Below are positions 1 to 12,500 of a DNA stretch of 64,000 bases, in pieces. The stretch is from Eledone cirrhosa. Lineage: Eukaryota. Under the pieces are notes generated by a model, which saw only the letters and a list, made by a program, of their open reading frames with translations, did not search any database and had not been told where the DNA came from. The stretch lies in NCBI GenBank assembly GCA_964016885.1, contig OZ024742.1, positions 356,562,001 to 356,626,000 of the forward strand. The letters run 5' to 3'. Both the position numbers and the translations under genes were made by a program. How positions within the stretch are numbered: position 1 is the stretch's first letter; each line of letters opens with the position of its first letter.

Positions 1-1073
1 AGGAAGCTATCCCTGAAAGGTCGAGCGGAGGTGGCTAACGCGTACATCGCGTCCGTCATATACTACCGCCTGACCGTCGTACCTTGTTCTAAGCCCCGCC
101 TGACTGCGCTAGAGCGTTTGCTCTTTCGCTTCTTGTGGAAGGGACGCGCTCCGATGGTCAGGCGGTCCATCTGCTGTCAACACCCGCTACGTGGAGGGCT
201 GGGCATGCCGTGGCTGATGATGCGCAGACATGCGCTCAGGATACGCATCTCCACCTCTTCCTCGACGGTGATCAGGTGTGGTCGCCGTTTGCTAGACACG
301 TTTTTCCCCAGCTCGTCTCCTTGACGGAGCTGCAGTCCTGGGTCAAGCGAAGACCGAGAGGGAGCGCTGGGAGACTGGAATGTCTTCAGGCGCTCACAGC
401 CCTCGACCAATTGGGCAATGTGATCGGTGGAAACTCCACCTTGGCGTTCTATCGGGGATTAGTGGAGGGTAAGAGCGACGACGTACTTGGAGAAACTCTA
501 GGCGTCGACGAAAATCAACTAGCCAATCTCTTCGGAAGGACTTTCGGGCCGGGGCCTATGGACAACTTCCAGGAATCCCTGGCCTGGCAGTGCTACCGGG
601 GAGCTTTGCCAGTTCGGGATAAACTCTACAGGCATGGAGGTGCCGTCAGCCGGGCATGTCCGAGATGCGCACAGGGCAACGAAACCGTCCTGCACGCACT
701 CGTCCATTGTCCGAGCATTGCTGACTTGTGGGTTTATGTAGAACACCTGCTGTCACGTGTAGGACGGATCCAGCTATCAGCTGAGTCCATCGTGAGGATT
801 GCCCCGCCCTCTTTCTTTAGCCGGGAAGGGAAGGCAGTTTTTATCTGTCTGGTGGCCATGGCGAAAGAGATAGTATGGTGGACACGTTTGAAAGGGCTGA
901 AGACGAGCACTGACCTCTTCGGTGATGCCCTGATTAACTTTTTCAAATTTCATTTGAAAAGGAAAATCAGGGTAGAGAGGGAAGTGCTCTCTTCCCAGCA
1001 TTTTGTTGAAAGATGGGTGAGAGAAGCAAGTATGGCCCGAATGAATGGGCCTTCTCTGAGTATGTGTCTGTAA
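1..1073 (+). mobile_element. 3' part of ORF2 of a Tx1/L1-clade non-LTR retrotransposon (post-RT region and zinc finger), with one frameshift
   Basis: Frame of ORF 31-324 reads RKLSLKGRAEVANAYIASVIYY...FRFLWKG...RGGLGMP, typical of the Tx1/L1 post-RT region. It shifts near ~250 into ORF 135-1073, which has WQCYRGALPV and the CCHC finger CPRC...ETVLHALVHC. Runs off the left edge of the window. Confidence 0.85.
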
Positions 1074-1204
1074 ACTAAAGGTGGAAAACTGGGAGAGGGC
1101 ACTTGCCCTGGTGGTCAGGGTCACTGTGGTCTTTTAAAGGGCTTTCTCCACAAATGTCCCTCGGAAGTCTCCCCCCTATTGAATATCGAGCCGCTACCTG
1201 CAGC

Positions 1205-1360
1205 ATCAGATATTCCGGATGTATCAGAGGTTGTTTGTTGTTTCCAGCAAGCATGCCTTTTGAAGTGTTCTAAAAAAGGGGGCTTGACTAATGTTCTTTA
1301 ACCCTCCTTGAAAACTCTAGTGCTCCTATGACAATTGGGATGACGTTGATCTCTGACAAT
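1205..1360 (-). pseudogene. Degraded C-terminal remnant of an older R4/Dong-type RLE element
   Basis: Minus strand translates to INVIPIVIGAL...LQKACLLET..L*YIRNI*, matching the C-terminus of the adjacent intact element (TIPVVVGALG...IQKIVLMGTAHILRKILSI). Contains stops and a frameshift. Confidence 0.6.
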
Positions 1361-1369
1361 CCCAAATAC

Positions 1370-1397
1370 TTTTATTATTATTATTATTATTATTATT
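1370..1397. repeat. (TTA)n/(TAA)n microsatellite at the 3' junction of the Dong/R4 element
   Basis: tttattattattattattattattatt directly abuts the element's 3' UTR. Dong elements are known to target (TAA)n. Confidence 0.85.
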
Positions 1398-4300
1398 TGC
1401 GTTTATCTTGCTTTATGTTCATACGAGTTATCACCAAGTCACAACCAGTGACCTCAAGAGACAACAAGGTCTGCCATGTTCAAGAAAGAACATACATATT
1501 CACACATGCATCCTTAGTGTTTAGACTTGTGATGTACTTATATTGACAGGATCTTCCTTAGTATATGGGCAGTTCCCATTAGTACTATCTTTTGTATTTC
1601 TCCTATACGCGGGTTTCCTGGGATTTGCGATAAGTAGTCGTTAGACCCCTTAGGTATCATTCCCAGAGCGCCTACAACCACTGGTATTGTTTTAGTTCTC
1701 AATTTCCACATTTTTCCAATTTCTATCTCCAGGTCCTTATACTTGCTCAATTTTTCAAATGTTTTTATAGATACATTCTTGTCTATTGGAACAGACATAT
1801 CAATTAGCAGGCATACCCTCCTTTGAAAGTCCTTCAATATTATATCAGGTCTATTTGCATCTATTTTTCGGTCTGTTTGGATGCTAAAGTTCCACAAGAT
1901 TGAGATGCGATCGTTTTCAAGTATGGGAGGTGGTTGATGCTCCCACCAATTCTTTTGATGGGGCAGGTCAAAATGCTTACACATTAACCAATGTATGTAT
2001 TGTGCAGCTCTGTCATGCCTGTTTAGGTATTCGGTTGGAGCTATAGGACTGCACATTGAAATTATATGGTCAATGGTCTCTGGTTGTTTTTTGCATACAC
2101 GGCATAATGGGCTGCACCCATTTTTTATTATGTTGGCTTGGTAATTTTTTGTTGGCAGACACTGATCTTGTGCCGATATAATCAGTCCTTCAGTCTCCGA
2201 TTTCAGTCCAGAGGATGCCAACCACTGATGGGTTAAAGTTTTGTCAACATCAGGATTGTTAGCTCGCTCTGGGTATGTTCCATACAGAGGCTCTTCTTGC
2301 CATTTCTTAGCCAGTTTCTGTAGCAGTTCTTTCTTTGCAGTTACTTTTACCTGCTTTGCTTTTTCTGTGTTTTCCATTTCAGCAGTAAATGGGACTTCTG
2401 AAATTTGTAGTCCATTACTGTATCTTTGTGCATCTTTCGTAATGGAATATGATCTTTTGGTGCTTTCGTGTTTCAAAACGAGTTTGATCATCCAATCATG
2501 TGATTCCCTTAGATATGTGGATAATCCAATTGTTGCAGTTTTCAACGCAATGTCTAACTGGATTAACCCACGTCCTCCTTCTTTCCTAGGGAGATATATT
2601 CTATCTATGTCTGCCTTAGGGTGATGCATTCTGTGCATGGTTAAGAATTTTCGGATTTTTGTATCGAGCCTACGGATCTCTGTGCTTGACCAGTTGATGA
2701 CATTGTAACTGTAGGTTACTACTGGTATGGCAAGCGTGTTTATGGCATCGATCCTATTCCTTGCATTCAATTCCGTTCTTAAGATTGCTCTGACTCTGCG
2801 GTAACATTCCTTCCTTATCCTTTCCCTCATTGTCGAGTGCTTGATTCCGTCTCCTTCACAAACACCTAGATATTTGTAAGTTTTTTCTTGATCAAGCTCT
2901 CTTATCACGTTCCCCCGATCAAGATTAATGTCTGAACTCTTCAGCAGCCTTCCTCTGGTGAACGTTGCTTTGGCGCATTTATCCAGTCCAAACTCCATTT
3001 TAATGTCATCACTGAACTGCTTCACAGTCGATAATAGCCCTTGCAATTGTTCATCATTTTTTGCAAATAGTTTCAGGTCATCCATGTAGAACAGGTGATT
3101 AATGGTTTTGTCATAGACTCTATATCCATGTTTTGTTTCATTGAGCATTTTACTTAATGGTATAAGTGCGATGCAGAATAAAAGCGGTGATAAAGAGTCA
3201 CCCTGAAAAATTCCACAATTAATATTAACTTCTCCAGCTTCCAGTGATTTTGTTTCACTATTCAAAAGGAGTGTCGTTCTCCATGTCTTCATACTGAATG
3301 ACAAAAACCTCCTGACAACGGGGGATATTTTGAAAATCTCTAAACATTTTTCAATCCAACTGTGTGGCAAACTATCGAATGCTTTTTTATAATCTATCCA
3401 AGCAATCGATAGATTTTTGTGTCTATTATGACAATCTTCCAGTATCATTTTGTTAACCAGAAGCTGATCCTTACAGCCATATGAGCCTCGTTTACACCCT
3501 TTCTGCTCAATGGGAAATAGGTCATTTGTTATCAGGTGGTCATATGTGTATTCAGTTAGGACTGATGTTAAAATTTTATACATTGTGGTCAAGCAGGTTA
3601 TCGGTCTGTAATTTTTGGGATTGTTTGTCTCATCATTCTTCGGTAGCAGGAATGTAATGCCGTTAACTAGCCATGATGGTATCTTTTCTGGCTCCTTACC
3701 TATTTCATTGTAAAGTTGGGCTAACAGCTCATGAGACTCTGTGAAGGCATTTATCCAAAAGTTTTGTATTTTGTCTTTTCCTGGGGATTTCCATTTGCTG
3801 GTTTTTCTTAGAGCCAAGCGCAACTGTTCAACTGTTATATTTTCCCATGTTTGTTCTTCAAGGTGAGCTGTTTCTTTCATTTGTCTGTCTATCCATGGGG
3901 CATGTATGTTATGAACTTTTTCTTCGGCCCAGATCTTTTCCCAGAATTCTTGCACATCCTCCTTGGGTGGTATTGATTTAGCAGTTATTGTTGACTTACC
4001 AATTTTTCTGTAGAAGTTTCTTTGGTTGTTTTTGAACATATTATTGTCCTTATAGAATCTAGATCGTTTTTCAAAGCGCCTTATACGAGCAGCTTTGGCC
4101 GACACTTTTTGCTTGATTGTTTCTATCAGCATGTCTATGTCACATGTTGATCTTATACTGTACTTTTTTTTAAATTTTCTAAGTTTAGTTTGTTTAACAT
4201 GTTCACCTACTTTATAGTTTGTTAAAATTTCTATGTCAGATCGGAGAAGGTTTATTTGGCGATTGTTGTTATCTTGCCAAGTAGATTTCTTGTGGGAATT

Positions 4301-5353
4301 CCTTTGTTTTTTCATCTTCACTCCACATAAGTGAGTGGTGACTTTAGCCGATGCATAATAGAGATGATTTAAGTCAGTAATGTTTAGTTTGTTTGTGATG
4401 ATAATGTTTTTGAGAATTATGTTAGTCTTGTGTATTATCTTTTGGTTCTGTTTGGAGTTCTGGATCTTAGGGAGGGTGTCTCGTTGCCCCATGTCAGATT
4501 CTTTCATTTTCATCCATTCGATCATAATTTCATCCTTCAAGTTGGCAAGTTCATTCTCATTCATTTCTTTATCATTTACGATCTCATTATTTTCATTTGG
4601 AGTTTCATCCTGAGCATGCACTCCCTCCACTTTTTCGCTCCTTTCTTTAATTTGTTCTGTTGCCAGTGATTCCGCCCCAACCCTGGGATTCGAAGTGTTA
4701 CAGTTTACCTCGTTTTCACTGACACATGCTTCATTTTCCCTTCGCTGACTTTGTGCTACTAGCTTGATCTGATCAATTTCTATATCAGTTAGTAACTTTT
4801 TTCTTACAATATTTCTTCGTATATTGGCTAGTTTGTTACTGTCAATATAGCCTCTGTTTTCGGGATGTTTCTTTTTCCAGTTGATATATGTTTGTTCTGT
4901 ATTCGATGTATTTGATGGGTAGTACATGGCAGTGTAGAAAGCCTCAAGGACTTCTTTATTATCTTCCCTTGACCATTTTTCTCTCTTTTTCTTTGGATTT
5001 CTTGGTGGTGAGCATGGAGGGCCAACAGTAGGAGTATTCCGGTTATGGGAGGTCTCCAGCTCCGAAGTGATGGGAAGGTTTGAACCATTAGCTGATTTTT
5101 CGACCCCAGTCTGGTTCCTCTCTGAGGGACGCGGCCCTTTTTTACCCAGGTGACGGCCGATCCGGTATGAGATTTTATCATTAGACATTTACTTTATTTT
5201 GTCGCGTTTTATCCTTATCCGCCAAGGAGTAATCATTTCGTGTTACCACTTCTAGAACGAGTGTCAACCAAGAGTAGAGGGGTCATTCTCCCCTAGAGAC
5301 ATGGCTATTCCCCGTCGGCCGCCATCCCGGTATTTCTTGGTCACGGGGTTTTC
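1398..5353 (-). mobile_element. Full-length R4/Dong-clade non-LTR retrotransposon (restriction-like endonuclease type)
   Basis: Single long ORF with a ~165-nt structured 5' leader and a ~140-nt 3' UTR ending in (TAA)n. The 5' boundary is approximate. Confidence 0.85.
1538..5188 (-). CDS. R4/Dong polyprotein: N-terminal basic region, reverse transcriptase, CCHC zinc knuckle, PD-(D/E)xK endonuclease (1216 aa, uninterrupted)
   Basis: RT motifs KSPGKDKI, NYRPITCL, EQKGC, WIDYKKAFDS, GIFQGDSLSPLLF, HLFYMDDLKL, YKYLG. Zinc knuckle CRVC...ETIDHIISMC, followed by RHD, RPDI, IDMSVP and EKLSKYKDL (RLE endonuclease). N-terminal REKWSREDN motif. Confidence 0.95.
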   Translation of the reverse strand: MSNDKISYRIGRHLGKKGPRPSERNQTGVEKSANGSNLPITSELETSHNRNTPTVGPPCSPPRNPKKKREKWSREDNKEVLEAFYTAMYYPSNTSNTEQTYINWKKKHPENRGYIDSNKLANIRRNIVRKKLLTDIEIDQIKLVAQSQRRENEACVSENEVNCNTSNPRVGAESLATEQIKERSEKVEGVHAQDETPNENNEIVNDKEMNENELANLKDEIMIEWMKMKESDMGQRDTLPKIQNSKQNQKIIHKTNIILKNIIITNKLNITDLNHLYYASAKVTTHLCGVKMKKQRNSHKKSTWQDNNNRQINLLRSDIEILTNYKVGEHVKQTKLRKFKKKYSIRSTCDIDMLIETIKQKVSAKAARIRRFEKRSRFYKDNNMFKNNQRNFYRKIGKSTITAKSIPPKEDVQEFWEKIWAEEKVHNIHAPWIDRQMKETAHLEEQTWENITVEQLRLALRKTSKWKSPGKDKIQNFWINAFTESHELLAQLYNEIGKEPEKIPSWLVNGITFLLPKNDETNNPKNYRPITCLTTMYKILTSVLTEYTYDHLITNDLFPIEQKGCKRGSYGCKDQLLVNKMILEDCHNRHKNLSIAWIDYKKAFDSLPHSWIEKCLEIFKISPVVRRFLSFSMKTWRTTLLLNSETKSLEAGEVNINCGIFQGDSLSPLLFCIALIPLSKMLNETKHGYRVYDKTINHLFYMDDLKLFAKNDEQLQGLLSTVKQFSDDIKMEFGLDKCAKATFTRGRLLKSSDINLDRGNVIRELDQEKTYKYLGVCEGDGIKHSTMRERIRKECYRRVRAILRTELNARNRIDAINTLAIPVVTYSYNVINWSSTEIRRLDTKIRKFLTMHRMHHPKADIDRIYLPRKEGGRGLIQLDIALKTATIGLSTYLRESHDWMIKLVLKHESTKRSYSITKDAQRYSNGLQISEVPFTAEMENTEKAKQVKVTAKKELLQKLAKKWQEEPLYGTYPERANNPDVDKTLTHQWLASSGLKSETEGLIISAQDQCLPTKNYQANIIKNGCSPLCRVCKKQPETIDHIISMCSPIAPTEYLNRHDRAAQYIHWLMCKHFDLPHQKNWWEHQPPPILENDRISILWNFSIQTDRKIDANRPDIILKDFQRRVCLLIDMSVPIDKNVSIKTFEKLSKYKDLEIEIGKMWKLRTKTIPVVVGALGMIPKGSNDYLSQIPGNPRIGEIQKIVLMGTAHILRKILSI

Positions 5354-6186
5354 TTTTTGTTGTTTTTTTTTTTTTAAATTGTTATTATCATGAGTGGTTC
5401 CTTTATGTGAGCATTGCGTGGCTTAAGAATGAAATTATTAATAATTGTCTCCACTCCAGGCACAAGGCCAGCAATCACCCAGTGCATTACAATAATATAA
5501 TATACTTTTTGTTGTAGTTGGCTGTTATTGTTGTTCGCTATGTCGGTGGTGGTGCCGGGGCTTTTTATATTGTTGGTGAGGAAGGGGTGAGCCAGCAGTC
5601 CCATAATTGTTGATGTAGACGTTTGGCCGGTGGCAAGGTCACCAAGTCAATCTATTTATATCTTTTGCTAGCCTCTCTCTTGTCTAGTGATACCGCCACC
5701 TTCCCTTTTCTCTCTCAAGTTAACAGGGGAATAGTGTCGGTAGCATTGAATGAGTGGTGGCGGCGATGATGGATGCGGTGGGGTGTTGGCAGCGGTGGTG
5801 TTGTGGTTACTGATATAGTATCTATGAGTTTGTGTTCGTATGTTTAATATATATTTTTATTATATTTTGTGTTGACATATTCCCGTAAAATTTGAATTAA
5901 ACATTTTTTAAAATTTGAGACAATAATAATAGTAATTATTATTATGATGCTGGTGAAATTGCCGTTATCTGGCTGTTATATTTAGTGTGATGGGATAGGT
6001 AGTGTGTCAAGTTTCTGGTGTTGGTGAAATTGAAATTGCTGCTATTTGGCTGTTCTATATAGTGTAGACAGAGGGTGTTTTGTTCCATTTATAACCATTT
6101 TCTTTTTTTGAATACAAAATATATAATACAAAATTGAATATTTGAGCGATACAACAATATAATATGGATCCGAAACTTTATGGGAC

Positions 6187-6189
<3 letters not shown>

Positions 6190-6267
<78 letters not shown>
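6190..6267. repeat. (ATT)n microsatellite
   Basis: About 26 perfect ATT units immediately upstream of a SINE. Confidence 0.95.
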
Positions 6268-6269
<2 letters not shown>

Positions 6270-6272
<3 letters not shown>

Positions 6273-6486
6273 CGGTGGACTGGCAGTATGGGTAGAAGGT
6301 CGGATGCCATCCTTTACAGCAAACAATTACGGCCCTTTATAGTCTGAGCTCAAATCCCGCCGAGGTTAACTTAGCCTTTCATCCTTACAGGGTCAATAAA
6401 ATAAAGTACCAGTCACGCACTGGGGTCGATTTAATCGACTTTCCCCTCCACGCAAATTACTGGCCTTGTGCCTATATAAGAAACCA
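6270..6486 (+). mobile_element. tRNA-derived SINE with Nin/Deu-like central domain
   Basis: A-box-like TGGCAGTATGGG, B-box-like GAGCTCAAATCC, central GCCTTTCATCCTTACAGGGTCAATAAAATAAAGTACCAG (Nin/Deu-like), tail GGCCTTGTGCC...GAAAC(ATT)n. Many other copies in the window. Confidence 0.8.
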
Positions 6487-6520
6487 TTATTATTATTATT
6501 ATCATTATTATTATTATTAA

Positions 6521-9500
6521 GGGGCAGAGGATTGGCAGTATCAGTAGAGGGTCAGATACCATACTTTTTCGCGGAGGATTGGCAATATCAGTAGAGGGTC
6601 AGACACCATACTTTATCGCGGAGGATTGGCAGTATCAGTAGAGGGTCAGACACCATACTTTATCGCGGAGGATTGGCAGTATCAGTAGAGGGTCAGACAC
6701 CATGCTTTATGGCAGAGGATTGGCAGTATCAGTAGAGGGTCAGACACCATGCTTTATGGCAGTGGATTGGCAGTATCAGTAGAGGGTCGGACACCATACT
6801 TTATGGCAGAGGATTGGCAGTATCAGTAGAGGGTCAGACACCATGCTTTATGGCAGAGGATTGGCAGTATCAGTAGAGGGTCAGACACCATACTTTATGG
6901 CAGAGGATTGGCAGTATCAGTAGCGGGTCAGACACCATACTTTATCGCGGAGGATTGGCAATATCAGTAGAGGGTCAGACACCATACTTTATCGCGGAGG
7001 ATTGGCAGTATCAGTAGAGGGTCAGACACCATACTTTATCGCGGAGGATTGGCAGTATCAGTAGAGGGTCAGACACCATACTTTATGGCAGAGGATTGGC
7101 AGTATCAGTAGAGGGTCAGACACCATGCTTTATGGCAGAGGATTGGCAGTATCAGTAGAGGGTCAGACACCATGCTTTATGGCAGTGGATTGGCAGTATC
7201 AGTAGAGGGTCGGACACCATACTTTATGGCAGAGGATTGGCAGTATCAGTAGAGGGTCAGACACCATGCTTTATGGCAGAGGATTGGCAGTATCAGTAGC
7301 GGGTCAGACACCATACTTTATCGCGGAGGATTGGCAATATCAGTAGAGGGTCAGACACCATACTTTATCGCGGAGGATTGGCAGTATCAGTAGAGGGTCA
7401 GACACCATACTTTATCGCGGAGCATTGGCAGTATCAGTAGAGGGTCAGACACTATACTTTATGGCAGAGGATTGGCCGTATCAGTAGAGGGTCGGACACC
7501 ATATTTTATGGCAGAGGATTGGCAGTATCAGTAGAGGGTCGGACACCATACTTTATGGCAGAGGATTGGCAGTATCAGTAGAGGGTCAGACACCATACTT
7601 TATCGCGGAGGATTGGCAGTATCAGTAGAGGGTCAGACACCATGGCAGATGATTGGCCGTATCAGTAGAGGGTCGGACACCATACTTTATGGCAGAGGAT
7701 TGGCAGTATCAGTAGAGGGTCAGACACCATACTTTATCGCGGAGGATTGGCAGTATCAGTAGAGGGTCAGACACCATGGCAGATGATTGGCCGCATCAGT
7801 AGAGGGTCAGACACCATGCTTTATGGCAGTGGATTGGCAGTATCAGTAGAGGGTCGGACACCATACTTTATGGCAGTGGATTGGCAGTATCAGTAGAGGG
7901 TCGGACACCATGCTTTATGGCAGTGGATTGGCAGTATCAGTAGAGGGTCAGACACCATGCTTTATCGCGGAGGATTGGCAATATCAGTAGAGGGTCAGAC
8001 ACCATACTTTATCGCGGAGGATTGGCAGTATCAGTAGAGGGTCAGACACCATACTTTATCGCGGAGCATTGGCAGTATCAGTAGAGGGTCAGACACCATA
8101 CTTTATGGCAGAGGATTGGCAGTATCAGTAGAGGATCAGACACCATGCTTTATGGCAGTGGATTGGCAGTATCAGTAGAGGGTCAGACACCATACTTTAT
8201 CGCGGAGGATTGGCAGTATCAGTAGAGGGTCGCACACCATACTTTATGGCAGAGGATTGGCAGTATCAGTAGAGGGTCGGACACCATACTTTATGGCAGA
8301 GGATTGGCAGTATCAGTAGAGGATCAGACACCATGCTTTATGGCAGTGGATTGGCAGTATCAGTAGAGGGTCAGACACTATACTTTATAGCGGAGGATTG
8401 GCAGTATCAGTAGAGGGTCAGACACCATGCTTTATGGCAGTGGATTGGCAGTATCAGTAGAGGGTCGGACACCATGCTTTATGGCAGTGGATTGGCAGTA
8501 TCAGTAGAGGGTCAGACACCATACTTTATCGCGGAGGATTGGCAGTATCAGTAGAGGGTCAGACACCATACTTTATCGCGGAGCATTGGCAGTATCAGTA
8601 GAGGGTCAGACACCATACTTTATGGCAGAGGATTGGCCGTATCAGTAGAGGGTCGCACACCATACTTTATGGCAGAGGATTGGCAGTATCAGTAGAGGGT
8701 CGGACACCATACTTTATGGCAGAGGATTGGCAGTATCAGTAGAGGATCAGACACCATGCTTTATGGCAGTGGATTGGCAGTATCAGTAGAGGGTCAGACA
8801 CTATACTTTATAGCGGAGGATTGGCAGTATCAGTAGAGGGTCAGACACCATGCTTTATGGCAGTGGATTGGCAGTATCAGTAGAGGGTCGGACACCATAC
8901 TTTATCGCGGAGCATTGGCAGTATCAGTAGAGGGTCAGACACCATACTTTATGGCAGAGGATTGGCAGTATCAGTAGAGGGTCAGACACCATGCTTTATG
9001 GCAGTGGATTGGCAGTATCAGTAGAGGGTCGGACACCATACTTTATGGCAGAGGATTGGCAGTATCAGTAGAGGGTCAGACACCATACTTTATCGCGGAG
9101 GATTGGCAGTATCAGTAGAGGGAAGACACCATGCTTTATGGCAGTGGATTGGCAGTATCAGTAGAGGGTCAGACACCATACTTTATGGCAGAGGATTGGC
9201 AGTATCAGTAGAGGGTCGGACACCATACTTTATAGCGGAGGATTGGCAGTATCAGTAGAGGGTCGGACACCATGCTTGATGGCAGTGGATTGGCAGTATC
9301 AGTAGAGGGTCGGACACCATACTTTATCGCGGAGCATTGGCAGTATCAGTAGAGGGTCAGACACCATGGCAGAGGATTGGCCGTATCAGTAGAAGCTCGG
9401 ACACCATACTTTATGGCAGAGGATTGGCAGTATCAGTAGAAGGTCAGACACCATGCTTTATGGCAGTGGATTGGCAGTATCAGTAGAGGGTCGGACACCA

Positions 9501-12500
9501 TACTTTATCGCGGAGCATTGGCAGTATCAGTAGAGGGTCAAACACCATGGCAGATGATTGGCCGTATCAGTAGAGGGTCGGACACCATACTTTATGGCAG
9601 AGGATTGGCAGTATCAGTAGAGAGTCTGACACCATACTTTATGGCAGAGGATTGGCAGTATAAGTAGAGGGTCAGACACCATACTTTATCGCGGAGGATT
9701 GGCAATATCAGTAGAGGGTCAGACACCATACTTTATCGCGGAGGATTGGCAGTATCAGTAGAGGGTCAGACACCATACTTTATCGCGGAGCATTGGCAGT
9801 ATCATTAGAGGGTCAGACACCATACTTTATGGCAGAGGATTGGCCGTATCAGTAGAGGGTCGCACACCATACTTTATGGCAGAGGATTGGCAGTATCAGT
9901 AGAGGGTCGGACACCATACTTTATGGCAGAGGATTGGCAGTATCAGTAGAGGATCAGACACCATGCTTTATGGCAGTGGATTGGCAGTATCAGTAGAGGG
10001 TCAGACACCATGGCAGAGGATTGGCCGTATCAGTAGAGGGTCAGACACTATACTTTATAGCGGAGGATTGGCAGTATCAGTAGAGGGTCAGACACCATGC
10101 TTTATGGCAGTGGATTGGCAGTATCAGTAGAAGGTCGGACACCATACTTTATCGCGGAGCATTGGCACTATCAGTAGAGGGTCAGACACCATGGCAGAGG
10201 ATTGGCCGTATCAGTAGAGGGTCGGACACCATACTTTATGGCAGAGGATTGGCAGCATCAGTAGAGGGTCAGACACCATGCTTTATGGCAGTGGATTGGC
10301 AGTATCAGTAGAGGGTCGGACACCATACTTTATCGCGGAGCATTGGCAGTATCAGTAGAGGGTCAGACACCATGGCAGAGGATTGGCCGTATCAGTAGAG
10401 GCTCGGACACCATACTTTATGGCAAAGGATTGGCAGTATCAGTAGAGGGTCGGACACCATACTTTATCGCGGAGGATTGGCAGTATCAGTAGAGGGTCAG
10501 ACACCATACTTTATGGCAGAGGATTGGCAGTATCAGTAGAGGGTCAGACACCATACTTTATCGCGGAGGATTGGCAGTATCAGTAGAGGGAAGACACCAT
10601 GCTTTATGGCAGTGGATTGGCAGTATCAGTAGAGGGTCAGACACCATATTTTATGGCAGAGGATTGGCCGTATCAGTAGAGGCTCGGACACCATACTTTA
10701 TGGCAGAGGATTGGCAGTATCAGTAGAGGGTCAGACACCATACTTTATCGCGGAGGATTGGCAGTATCAGTAGAGGGAAGACACCATGCTTTATGGCAGT
10801 GGATTGGCAGTATCAGTAGAGGGTCAGACACCATACTTTATGGCAGAGGATTGGCAGTATCAGTAGAGGGTCGGACACCATACTTTATAGCGGAGGATTG
10901 GCAGTATCAGTAGAGGGTCAGACACCATGCTTTATGGCAGTGGATTGGCAGTATCAGTAGAGGGTCGGACACTATACTTTATAGCGGTGGATTGGCAGTA
11001 TCAGTATAGGGTCAGACACCATGCTTTATGGCAGTGGATTGGCAGTATCAGTAGAGGGTCGGACACCATACTTTATCGCGGAGCATTGGCAGTATCAGTA
11101 GAGGGTCAGACACCATGGCAGAGGATTGGCCGTATCAGTAGAGGGTCGGACACCATACTTTATGGCAGAGGATTGGCAGCATCAGTAGAGGGTCAGACAC
11201 CATGCTTTATGGCAGTGGATTGGCAGTATCAGTAGAGGGTCGGACACCATACTTTATCGCGGAGCATTGGCAGTATCAGTAGAGGGTCAGACACCATGGC
11301 AGAGGATTGGCCGTATCAGTAGAGGCTCGGACACCATACTTTATGGCAGAGGATTGGCAGTATCAGTAGAGGGTCAGACACCATACATTATCGCGGAGGA
11401 TTGGCAGTATCAGTAGAGGGTCAGACACCATGCTTTATGGCAGAGGATTGGCAGTATCAGTAGAGGGTCAGACACCATACTTTATGGCAGAGGATTGGCA
11501 GTATCAGTAAAGGGTCGGACACCATACTTTATCGCGGAGCATTGGCAGTATCAGTAGAGGGTCAGACACCATGGCAGAGGATTGGCCGTATCAGTAGAGG
11601 CTCGGACACCATACTTTATGGCAAAGGATTGGCAGTATCAGTAGAGGGTCGGACACCATACTTTATCGCGGAGGATTGGCAGTATCAGTAGAGGGTCAGA
11701 CACCATACTTTATGGCAGAGGATTGGCAGTATCAGTAGAGGGTCAGACACCATACTTTATCGCGGAGGATTGGCAGTATCAGTAGAGGGAAGACACCATG
11801 CTTTATGGCAGTGGATTGGCAGTATCAGTAGAGGGTCAGACACCATACTTTATGGCAGAGGATTGGCCGTATCAGTAGAGGCTCGGACACCATACTTTAT
11901 GGCAGAGGATTGGCAGTATCAGTAGAGGGTCAGACACCATACTTTATCGCGGAGGATTGGCAGTATCAGTAGAGGGAAGACACCATGCTTTATGGCAGTG
12001 GATTGGCAGTATCAGTAGAGGGTCAGACACCATACTTTATGGCAGAGGATTGGCAGTATCAGTAGAGGGTCGGACACCATACTTTATAGCGGAGGATTGG
12101 CAGTATCAGTAGAGGGTCAGACACCATGCTTTATGGCAGTGGATTGGCAGTATCAGTAGAGGGTCGGACACTATACTTTATAGCGGTGGATTGGCAGTAT
12201 CAGTATAGGGTCAGACACCATGCTTTATGGCAGTGGATTGGCAGTATCAGTAGAGGGTCGGACACCATACTTTATCGCGGAGCATTGGCAGTATCAGTAG
12301 AGGGTCAGACACCATGGCAGAGGATTGGCCGTATCAGTAGAGGGTCGGACACCATACTTTATGGCAGAGGATTGGCAGCATCAGTAGAGGGTCAGACACC
12401 ATGCTTTATGGCAGTGGATTGGCAGTATCAGTAGAGGGTCGGACACCATACTTTATCGCGGAGCATTGGCAGTATCAGTAGAGGGTCAGACACCATGGCA

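Noticed and set aside
6440-6520. Dong element as the mobilising partner of the Nin SINE (both lie next to TAA/TTA repeats)
   Set aside because: The 3' tails share no visible similarity, and repeat polarity differs: the SINE ends in (ATT)n and Dong in (AAT)n on their sense strands.
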